A program made the translations under genes and the position numbers. The notes beneath the pieces are model-generated. The model worked only from the letters and a program-made list of their open reading frames with translations. It was not told where the DNA came from and did not search any database. From NCBI GenBank assembly GCA_030141605.1, contig JAQGDQ010000094.1, forward strand, positions 496,001 to 560,000: DNA of 64,000 nt, read 5' to 3'. The DNA comes from Tubiluchus corallicola (lineage: Eukaryota > Animalia > Priapulida). Below are positions 41,701 through 53,700 of the stretch, in pieces (the first letter of the stretch is position 1; each line of letters starts with the position of its first letter).

Positions 41701-44700
41701 GCCTATACTAGTAAAATAGTGACCGTGACTAGTAGCTACTAACTATTTAAAAGCTTAATGCATTTGAAACAATATTTGATCATAATTTCGACAACTGTGA
41801 CCTTCTATAACATTCTAATTTAAACAAGTACAGACAGCAATAAGCCTTTTATGCTATAAAGTGATGCCAGGACTCTCTTAATTCTTTTTAGGCAGTTTCA
41901 CGCTTTTAATAATTTAGACCACTTGTGCACCTACTAATGATTAATGATGACATACGGGCTCGTTTTTGTGCCTTGTAAATCCACTAATGGTCACCTGCCT
42001 GCAGATTGAGCCAAGTAAAACAAGGGTAGTAAAATATTCCCTTGGGTCAAATAAGGGACCAACTTGGAAACAAACATTTAGTTAGGAAAAATATGAGACT
42101 ACTCGCTGGAGACATCATCTTTAATGATAAGAATAAAAAGTCCATGAGCTTTATTAGAATCAGAAGCAGATATTCTTTATTGCCAAAAGATTTTTTAAAA
42201 ATCTGCTTTAAAAACTAATAAAGGGCATTCAACTTTTTATTCATGATAATAAACATTTAGATCCTTTAGGTAAATATTATCCCTGGTCTATACCCAAAAC
42301 AAGCTTTTTACAGTAAGTTGCTAACCCAACCAAGTATACTTCAACTGTGGTTTCTTTACTGCCACAGAGCTACTACTGGCTTTCAGTACTATCATGTTTA
42401 CTCTCAAATAAGGATAAGTTCGACGAAAGACGCAAGATACTTGAATTTTCTGAAACTACCTTCTCACATGGTAATGGAAAAACCAGGGCTGTCTCTCTCT
42501 CCTAGTCAATGCAACTGTGCTTTTCCTGTGTTTCATTTGTTGTGCCTCTGCAACTTTAATACGTGATTGTATGCTTTTATGTGTGATGTTTTTATTTGTA
42601 AATAATATAAAGAAACCAAAAAATTGGTTTTAGAATCTTTATGTGTTTCCCCCTTTTTATTTCAAGTCTTGTGTCTTTTTATTGTATTAATTGTGGGATT
42701 TTTTAATAATCAGCAAGGTGTGCAACTGGCTAATAACCACTAAAAAGAATTTCAACTAATTAAATAAATTCTTTCCTAGGATTAGGAAATTAGGTGTTTC
42801 ACAAATCTAACTCAGCCAGCACATGCATGGATATCACTGACAAACTGTATGTCTGTTCTCCATCACATAAATATGACAAACCAGTTATTAAAATTTAATG
42901 CAGAATTGAAAATATTACGGTTAACCTGTTTTTTACTCAAATACAGCCAAAGTTATACAACACACTTACATAAACTAACACTAGCTCAACAGTACCATAT
43001 CAAGGCCTTGCTCAAACGAATATCAAGTACCTGGCATAAAAGAGTTTTTCAACAACCATGAACAACAGCAAGTACATTTGTACATGAGTACATCTATGGA
43101 ATATTTGGCAAAATCCATATGGGCTGACAAAATCCTTACTTCAAAAGTTGAAAGAGTGCTAGCATACAAAAGATGTTTTTAGAGCACTCGGTGCTTGTTT
43201 AAAAGACTTGACATTGGGGGCATTAACAATACCACTGCTTAAACTGTTCCATTCCTGCACAACACGGTAGGAGAAAAATGCTTGCTGATATGTGTGCATG
43301 AATGCTGAATATATAGTTTTTGCTAATGACATCAATGTAACTCTCTATGAGGATTCTCAAAGAACTCACTCCGATCCAAATTTGTGGCCGGATTCACTAT
43401 CTTGAACATGCAGACAATTGTGTCATGGCTCTAATCTAGGGTAGGAACTGATATCGTTGGCAAGACGAAGACATCTTCTTTGGACTTTTTTATCTTCTCT
43501 TTAAAAGATACAGATTGCAGTGCCCTAATAACAACAGCATATTCCAACAAAGGACTAATCAAAAGGTTTGTATATAGGTACAGCAACTGACGGCTCAGGG
43601 CATACGACTCTCTAATGATACCAATTCTTTGTTTAGCAGTCTTACATGAGTAATATAATTGTTGCTACCATATGCAGAATATCAATTGGAAGGTGCTGCA
43701 TAGGAAGAGCAAGAAAGATGGTGGAATGCTTTTGCCCCCTAGTAAGGCCTACAAAAAGGTTAAGAAGATGCATTATGAGCATTTTGTGAATTCTTACAAC
43801 ATCATTGAATCATGACTAACACACATTAGGGAAACAAAGGCTGTTAAAGGGCAAGAAGAATTAATGAATTTTGCAGATGACTCGAGAATGGCCCCAGAAA
43901 TACTGAATCATTGACCAGTATTAACAAAATAGAAGAAATAAATAATCAGACAAATCTTTTGTGTATATTAGAGAAACTCCCAATGTACCTTTAACCAAGA
44001 CAGAAAACAGAAGCATATAAAATTAGAATAAGTCAAAAATGAAGTCCAACAGTTGACAATGTAGTGCATTTTGTTTAAGCTGCAGCTTTAGAAGCAACTG
44101 ATCCAGTTTTCGGTAATTTAGGGTATGCCCAGACCAAGAAAGAAGGCCCCCAGATAGTGTTTACACGGGCAGCAAAAATTAGACTCTGGTACCCTTTTCC
44201 TTATACTCGTGGGGTACGCAATTGTTAAGATTCAGTAGCAGTGAAGAGATGGTCTTTATTCGTACATAAGAACAACGACTGGCGCATTTCACCTAACCAC
44301 AGCTGTTAGGCCTGTGTCACACAGAAAAAGCCACAAAAAGCAAGCCATAATCCGTAAGGTATAAAGCGTCTTCCATCTTCCGTAAGGTGCATGTCATAAT
44401 TCGCAGTATGCGCCTTGCTTTGTATAACTATGCGGGAGACACAAAACTACTATATTTTAATATAATAGGTACTATAGTTTAATAGTTAAAATAATTTTAC
44501 TCATTACAGAATAACAGATTGTCAGTCGCATACGTTGTATATGCATAACATGATTGACTGGCATGCTGCCTCCTGCATGTAGTATACATTTATTATATGT
44601 ATTGTAGTAATATGGCAGTAGTAATTAAGTGCTGTGGGTTAAATATGCCTTTTAATGTTTATAGTACATCGATGTTATGAATTGTTTTATACGTAATTCT

Positions 44701-47700
44701 TATGAAATGAATTTTGCATAGAAAAGCTTAATTATGCAAATTTTCACATTAGTGATAAGCAAAAATTCCTTATGGCAAATGAAATTAATGGCCAAAGGCT
44801 CAAAACGGCTTGCAAAGCTCCACTAGAGACCTTGATAACATAGTTGCCCAATTCTGGCAGGTGGAAGTGTGTGAAGATGAAACCACTATTCTGAAGAAGA
44901 TATCAAGATGATTATATATATATACTAATACTAATCTGTAATAAAACATACAGAGAATGTACAGTAATAAAATGTTGTAGGAGGATTCAGTAATTCTACC
45001 TAAGGATAATCACTACCAATTGCCAACACTATTGACAATTGATAGTGATTATGCTTAGATAAACCCAATACCATTCTGAAGCAAGTATCCTGAGCTCCCA
45101 AAAACTTACCTGTGCTCCCTGTGGCACAGTCTAGATTGCAGGGTCGTAAAAACAAGCTACAAAATGACTGTGGAAATCTTAAATTTGCTAAATATGGCAT
45201 ATGCCGAGGAAATAAATGCCAAAAGTATTAATGGCAGCCCTAGAAAGATTTGGTATTAGCCTCACTTTGCAGTTAGTAAAACAAACAAGCCAGATAAAAA
45301 CAAGAATTGTGTTTAATTGTGCTGTTCAATTTGAAGGTACTACTCTCAACAGGAATGTTACGCAGGGCCCTGCTTCAGGAGTTGTGCTTAAATTTAGAAA
45401 AAACCAAATAGATTTCATGGCTGATCATGAATGCATGTTTCACCAAGCAAAGGTACTGCAGAGGATAGTGATATACAAAGATTTTTATGATGGGAAAATG
45501 GTTGTTTAAACGCATAACCAAAAGTCTACAGAATGGCCGTACACACATTCTGTGGAATGTGGTGACCAAGTGCAGCAGCTTTTGCACTCCAGAGTACTGC
45601 AAGGGATAACAGGCATTTGTATGATGAAAATGTATTGGAAGGCCATTAACTCCGATTTCCGATGATCCCGAGGATGCAGAACCATTGAGGCCAAATCGTC
45701 TGCTTTTGGCTCACAATCACGCTTTGCTGCCACAAGGTATTTTTTGAGACTGATCGATACAAACACAAGTGACAACGCATTCAGCTCTTAGCGACAACAA
45801 CAACAACAACAAAAAATAGACTATGCCAAAGAGAAATCTCAAAGTTAATGATGTGGTGCTTGTGAAGGAGATCAGATATCTGTAGCCACTGTGAAATATG
45901 TAACAAGCTCATGATGGCCTGAAGGAGTGAAGGATAGATTTTTGGAGCAACCCATACAGAAGCTTTGTCTTCTGAAGGGTGCTGACAAATTGCTTGTTGA
46001 ACATGTTTGTCAAAATGCTCTGGTCAAGTTTGCATTAGAGAGGGGGAGTGTTGCTGCCATATGTAGAATAGGAAGTTGGAAAGTGCTGGCCTAGTTATGA
46101 ATGGACTTTGTATTTGAAAGAGACCTTTACAATGGGTAGAATAATCTTCTTACACACTGCATACCTTTCAATGTAACCATTTTGGGCTGTACTCTTGCCA
46201 CTAGCATCTCTTCCTCTCACATTTCTATCTTCATCATCCTGCCTTCCCTTGCACATTTTTACTCAGCTTCACTGACAGACATTGCATCTCTTGCTCTGAT
46301 GGCACATATAGCTGTTACAGCTGGGCTTTAAGCATTTGAAGCAAAGTCTTTTCTTTCTGGACAGCTCCAATCTGTCTTCTGGCTTCATGGCAGCCAAGTT
46401 TGCACATTCAGTTACGAAGTGTTCACCTATGCAGATGCTGCATGTACTAGGTCTCTTTGACTCACCTGATATTTTGAATAAAAAATTTGTTAGGCAACTT
46501 GCTTTAGCATCTTTTCTCGCCGTGAGTTTCTGGCATCTGTTCTTTTTCGGTCTGTATATTCTAAACTGATTTAGTAATCATTAAATTTCAGTGATCACAT
46601 GGAAACCCGAGCCAAGATATCAGATCTTACCACCATAAGGCATCATGTGATTAAGTAAAAACATAGAAGGTATCAATAGTGACTTGTATAATTCTGAGAA
46701 AAGCACACTCAACAGTTTCAGCTGAAGAAGCCCACTGGTCAGACTGAGACTCAATACTGTCGAGATCTATTGTGGTCGTAAACATGTCAGAATCAAATTG
46801 TGATTTGATTTTAGCATATAATTTTAACAAAGCAGGGCTCCAATAGAAAGATGCATCCTTTATCTACACACTAATATAAAGAAAAGTTGAAACATACCTC
46901 CTATTCATAAAAAAATTACTGTTAGCGTCACGAGAACAGACTAAGACCGAGCGATTTCCTGAAATGTTTTCATTTGGGAGTTAGCAGATAGCAATATTTT
47001 TATCTACTGCTGTGTGCCACAGCCTAGGTGTTTTGGATATAAGCACGTGGTGCCTCCTGGTGTTTGTTTTTCCTAGTTTAGACAGGTGAGCTAGGTCAGG
47101 AAATAGGCCATTGGCCTCATTTCACAGTTAGCATATGAAAGAAGTGAGTCACCGGTATGCGGCAAAGATGTAAGTTTCATTTCTTCACATTTCGTCATGT
47201 CATATTATTATTAATTATCATTATACCAGTTACTTAATGTTTTGACGTTGGTTTAGCAGAAAGAATTTTTAATTTTTCTTCAGCTAAAACGAAGTCGAAC
47301 GCATGTCGCGTACAGTTTTATATCTCAGTCTGTGTACCTAGAAGAGACGGCCATATTGCTTTCGAGAACAGAACACCTGGACAAGGGTAGTACAGCATGG
47401 CTTCCGGGCAAGGACGAGATTTGTTGAGACTAAATGAAGAACAGCTTCAGCAAAAAACCGTACAAGAGTTAAGAAAGTTGCTACGGGATAAGGGATTACA
47501 AGTCGCTGGAAGCAAAGCAGAATTAGTCCAACGAGTACTGGACAGCGAGATTACTGCAGAGGTAACCACGCCTACTTCAAAGAGTGAGAGTGTTAAAACG
47601 GCTCGTGACCAATCAGGCGAGGTGGGAGTGATGCAAACGGACAACACCACGTCCAGCAGTGTGAAAACTTCTGCAACAAACTTAAGCAGGTTTGATTTGC

Positions 47701-50700
47701 ATGCCTTGAAAATTAAAGAACAGAAACTAAAATTACAAGCCATGGAAATCAAACATTTGAGCCTGCAAAAGGCTAGTCAGGGTTCTGCTAGTTCAGATGT
47801 GGCTTCGCCTGTAGCCAAAGAAATATCAAGTGCAGAAAAGGTCAATGAGTGGATTGAAAAGTCACACAAAGATGTCACAGAAGTCTCGTCACCTGAAGGG
47901 CTCATCAAACCCGAAGCTTACGTTACTATGGCTACCAATGATAAATACGCCATAGGTGCTCTAGTACTGGCTTCTTCGCTATGTAATGTTGGTATTACAC
48001 TTAGTTTAGCGATATTAATTACAACTGGAATTTCTAAACCCATAATGACGCAGATAAGCGCCACCTTTGATCACGTGGAGCTTGTGGAAGCTATTGACAG
48101 TTCACATGTAAAAAGTCTACAATTACTAGGACGGCCCGAATTAAAGGTGACTTTTACAAAACTGCATTGTTGGAGGCTAACTCAGTTCTCAAAATTTGAT
48201 TTTTGGATTCTGATGTAATTGTCCTGCAAAACATAGATGATTTATTTAGCTGGAACGAACTGTCAGCAGTTGCAGATATTGGCTGGCCTGATTGTTTTAA
48301 TAGCGGACTTTTCGTTTTTGAACCTAATCTTAGCACGTACAGTGAATTGAGGTCATTCGCTCAGTCAGATTCAAGCACATTCGACGGTGGAGAGCAAGGT
48401 CTACTAAACCAGTATTTTAAAGCCTGGAATACAGCTTTTGATAAACGATTGCCATACAGGTATAATGTAGCAGTAAAGCAGTTTCGAGAAAGTGTCAAGG
48501 TTGCTCATTTCATGGGTCCTAGTAAGCCCTGGGACAGTATACGCAGCATTTATCACAAGCAAGTGGCGCCAGCTACAGGTAAAACAGACTTTGAATCTGA
48601 AATGTTAAATATTTGGTGGTCACTTTACATTCATGAGGTCGAACCAAACTGGCCTCATGAATTAGAACTAATAAATAAAGCTAATGTTCAGCAGCACATT
48701 CCTACCCGAACAAAACTCAGTCCTGATGCACCTGAATTTGCCACTCGCTTACATGACAGGAGCAGTGTTCATAGAAAATTATACACATGATGACGGGGCG
48801 AGATATACCAGGCTTTTACAATTTTGCACGGGCGAAGCAAAACGGGTTGTCGAAAGTTGCAGTTATATGGACCCGCAGATCGCATACAGTCATGCTAAGC
48901 AAATGCTTATTGAACGTTTCGGGTCACCCTTTATTGTAACACAAGCGTGGTTGGCTAAAATAAATGAGTTTGCAGTCATAAAAATAATGAAAAGGAAAAA
49001 CTCAGGGAATTTTCTGACTTGATGATTGGTTGTGTAGAGACATTAAAGGCCATGGACAATTTAGCCGAAATAAATACACAAACAAGTTTGCTTCAAGTCA
49101 TTAAGAAACTCCCATTCCGTTTGCAAGACAAATGGAGAGACGTTGTTACCAAGTTAAATAAACATGATGGCAGAAATCCTACAATTTACGACGTGGTGGG
49201 ATTTGTCAAAGAGGCGACTGAAAAAATAAACCATCCCGTGTTTGGTGACCTTGCAACCGGTGGTCAAATGAACATTACAAAACGCAAGAATAAATTAGCA
49301 ACTAGGAATTTCGCATGCACTACCTTTCGAACAAGAAGTTCATCCAGAGAAGAAAAATCGAGTCAAACAGGCGGAACGCCAAAGGATAGAAAATTAAGCA
49401 GTAGAGATGTCAGAAAATGTGTTCTGCAACTCAGCCGAGCATGTTTCTCTAAAAAACTGTGAACAGTTTAAAGACAAGTCGGAAGAAGAGAGACTACAGT
49501 TTGCTCGGAAAAGTCGCTTATGTTTTAACTGCTTACAGAAAGGGAACCAAAGAGCTGGAAGCTGTTACAAACCAGGCTGTACAAGACAGGGATGCAGAAG
49601 AAAACATTCTGCTCTGCTTCATGACGCTCTGGAGAAGTGGGCTCCTTCCAATGGCGAGAGGTCAACAAATGTTGAAGCAACAAGTTGCGCTGTCACTACA
49701 ACCAAACTGTCAACAAGGGCTGTGCTCCCCATCACTCCTGTAAAGGTACAGGTGCAAGGCGGACGTCCAATTCAGACAATGGCTTTGTTGGACCCAGGAT
49801 CAACTAATACGTTCTGTTCCAAGGCCATATATGATGAGCTGGGAGCTGTTGGCAAGAAACAAGTCGTGTCACTGACTACAATTGAAAAGAAGCATTCAAA
49901 AATACATACTTCTGTGACCAAGATGTACGTCAGTAAGTTGGATGGATCAAACAAAATGAAACTTCCCTTTGTCTTTGTCAGGCCATCTTTGATGTTGGAT
50001 GTGACTGACTATTTGGTAGACGAACAAGACATTAGTAACTGGCCTCATCTCAAAGATGTTCCTTTGACGCTAGCTGATTCACGTGAACTGCAGCTCGGGT
50101 TAATTATAGGACAAGACGTCTCTGATGCATTAATGCCTTTAGAAACACGCTGTGGGCCAAGAGGAGTTCCGTATGCAACAAGGACTAGACTTGGATGGAC
50201 ATTAAATGGCCTGATAGGAGGCGGCAATGAGGACACTAAAAAGCTGTCAAACAACCTTCTTCAGGCAGAACAGGTTACCAGCCAGCGACAAGTCGAAAAA
50301 TTTTGGAAAATGGACGCTGTTGACGATAGCATACAGTACTCCCATGACGATAAGTTGGCGCTGAGCATTTGGGAGAAGTCCATCACCAAAAGAAATGGTC
50401 ACTACGAATTGGAGATACCTTTTAAGTCTAATGATGACAACATTCCTGACAGTTTTCAAATGGCTTCAAAGAGGTTGGCAAGCCTTCGCTGTAGACTCAG
50501 CAAGAATAAGTTGTTGCATGAAAAATACTCCCAAGCCATGGCTGATCTGCTCCAAAAGGGATACGCAGAAGAAGTTGTTGAACATGATACGAATGTTGCA
50601 ACATGGTACTTGTCACATTTTCCAGTTTTTAATGAGAACAAACCCGAAAAAACTAGGATCGTATTTGATTGTTCGGCAACAGAAGACGCAGTCTCTCTCA

Positions 50701-53700
50701 ACATGTTGGCACTACAAGGTCCAGATCTGACTAATAAATTGCTTGGTGTCCTGCTATGCTTTAGAAAGTATCCAGTAGTAATCATGGCTGATGTTCGTGA
50801 GATGTTTCACCAGGTGTACGTAGCACCGAAGAATAGGGACATGTTGAGATTTCTCTGGTGGAATGATGGAAACCTAGATGCGCCACCCTCCATATTTCGA
50901 ATGACAGTCCACCTTTTTGGCGGTGTGTGGTCGCCCAGCGTAGCTTCATTTGCTCTCCAACAGACAGCTAGAGATAACGTCAACTGTTTTGATGAGCATG
51001 CATTAAATACGGTGGTACATAGCTTCTATGTCGACGACCCCTTTAAATCTGTGGAAACTGCAAAAGAACCAATCGATTTGATGTCAAAATTAATACAGAT
51101 TCTAGACACTGGAGGTTTCCACTTGACCAAATGGATGAGTAACGACAGAGACGTATTAGCATGTGTGCCAATTGAAGAACGAGGAAAGAACATTAAGAAT
51201 CTTGATCTAACCCAGGACGATCTACCAAATGAACGAGCCTTAGGGGTTAAATGGGATGTCAAAAGCGATATACTTGGCATTCAGGTTAAGCTGCGAGAAA
51301 AGCCAAGCACCAAGCGGGGACTACTTAGGTCATTAGCAAGCACCTATGATCCCCTAGGCATGGTCTCGCCTTTCATTTTACAAGCGAAAAGACTGTTTCA
51401 GAACGAATGCCGGATCCAGGAAAAATCATGGGATGATAGACTGGAAGAAGAGACTGAGAAAAGTTGGGATAAATGGAAATCTGATTGTCCTGCACTAGAA
51501 TACTTTACGCTAGACAGATGCCTGAAGCCAAGAGATTTTGGAAGAATTGCTGACTTGCAGCTGCATCACTTCAGCGATGCATCCCAGTATGCTTACGGCA
51601 CTGTAACTTATGCACGGATGGAAAATGCTGATGGAGTTGTACACACAGCATTTGTAATGGCAAAGTCTAGGCTAGCACCTATGAAAAGCCTAACCATACC
51701 ACGCCTTGAGTTGTGCACAGCAGTATTAGCCTCAACTGTCGACAAACAACTGAGAAGAGAATTGTCCATACCCATCAGCGAGTTCGTGTTTTGGTGTGAC
51801 AGCACTATAGTGCTTCAATACATACGCAACACCACAAGACGTTTCCATACTTTCGTGCAAAATAGAGTGACTACCATACTAGAAACTTCGTCGCCAGTTC
51901 AGTGGCATTATATCAGTACCGCAGATAATCCAGCTGATGACGTATCCCGAGGAATGGACGCCAATGCCTTAGTAAAATCTCAGCGTTGGAAATATGGTCC
52001 TAGTTTTCTGCGAAAAGCCCAACATGAATGGCCGCAGCATGATCCGAGCAAAGAAAATGATGAACTTAACGACGATAAAGAAGTCAAGCAGACGACATGT
52101 TCCACTACTGTAAAACACATACAGGATAGAAACGACACAATTAGCAAGCACATTGAACATTTTTCGTCATTTTACAACCTCAAGAAAGCAGCAGCTTGGA
52201 TTCTTCGTCTGAAGGACATTTTGCAAAAGAAGATCAGAGGAGAAAAACCTGAAGTACCTCCAAAGTTAACAGTGCAAGAGCTGACAAGAGCTCAAGATGC
52301 ATTAGTAAAATTCGTTCGGACTCAGAACTTTGGCATGGAATATAAGGCGCTTACACAAAAATCTGCTAAATTGATGCGCATCCCTAAATCAAGCAGGCTA
52401 CGAAAACTTGATCCGTTCATTTGCGAGAAGGGTTTGCTACGTGTTGGTGGACGACTGAAGGCGCCAGGCACCCTATGATATTACCGAGAAAGCATAAGCT
52501 GTCAGAGCTAATCATTCGTCATTACCACGAAACGAACGGCCACATTGGCAGGGAACATGTCATAGCTTTAGTAAGAAATGAATTTCGGATAATTCATGCA
52601 AGAGCCTTGGCACGCAAAGTCCTGTACGAATGCCGACATTGCAGGCTTCGCAAGCCATCTTTCCTTGATCAAAAGATGGCAGATTTGCCTATTGACAGAC
52701 TACAGCCATCAGACGCTTTTACCACTATTGGCATTGATTGTTTTGGCCCGATACAGACCAAGAGAGGTCGCTCACACATTAAACGCTATGGAGTCATCTT
52801 TACATGCCTAGCTACACGCAGTATTCACTTGGAAGTCCTATTTGACATGTCCACTGATTCGGTTATAAAGGCGATTAACAGATTTTGCTGCCGCCGAAGG
52901 AAGCCAGACAAAATCAGGTCAGATTGTGGGACTAATTTTGTAGGAGCAAGCAGAGAGCTGAGAAAGTCTATAGCCGAGTGGAACAATGACGTCATACATT
53001 CAGAGCTTCTTCAGCGGCAAATAGAATGGCAATTCAACCCACCAAGAGCCCCACACATGGAAGGTGTTTGGGAGTCTCTCATTAAGAGTGTGAAGAAGAT
53101 TCTCTTTCCAACGAACAAACCTTGGATGATGAAGGCTTGGCAACCCTGTTTTGTATAGTTGAAAATATAGTTAATAGCAGACCGCTAACTACAGTTTCTG
53201 ACGATGTTGACGACTTCAATCCGTTGACTCCGAATCACTTTCTTCAGATCAGCGCAGTTCCAAACCTGCCTTTGGGAAAGTTTTGTCAGGCAGATCTCTT
53301 TCGACGAAAGTGGAGACAAATACAGTATCTCTCGGATATCTTTTGGCGCAGATGGTTGACTGAATATTTGCCCACTCTACAGACTCGAAGCAAATGGAAC
53401 AAGGAGCAGAAGAATGTTGAAATAGGAGACATCGTATTAGTTCTGGATGAGACACCAAGGAATCACTGGATGCTAGGACGGATCATTGAAGCACGGAAAA
53501 GCAGTGATGGACTAGTGAGAAGTGTGATGTTGAAGACTAGAGATGGGACTCTAAAACGACCAATTCATAAAATAAGTTTAATCGAATGTAACAATTAGTT
53601 GATTTTGTTAAGCATTCATAAACTGTATGTTTAAGTTAAACTTTGAAGTAGATGTATGTCAATTTAGTCAGTCATGATATGTTATTACACTGTTGGTTTC

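Noticed and set aside
48191-48205. Programmed -1 ribosomal frameshift within the GT8 domain
   Set aside because: There is no canonical X XXY YYZ heptamer in frame, the break splits a folded domain, and the element has several other deletions.
47913-48646. Treating the glycogenin sequence as the host's own glycogenin gene
   Set aside because: It is intronless, has no start or C-terminal motif of its own, and is embedded in gag between LTRs with a TSD.
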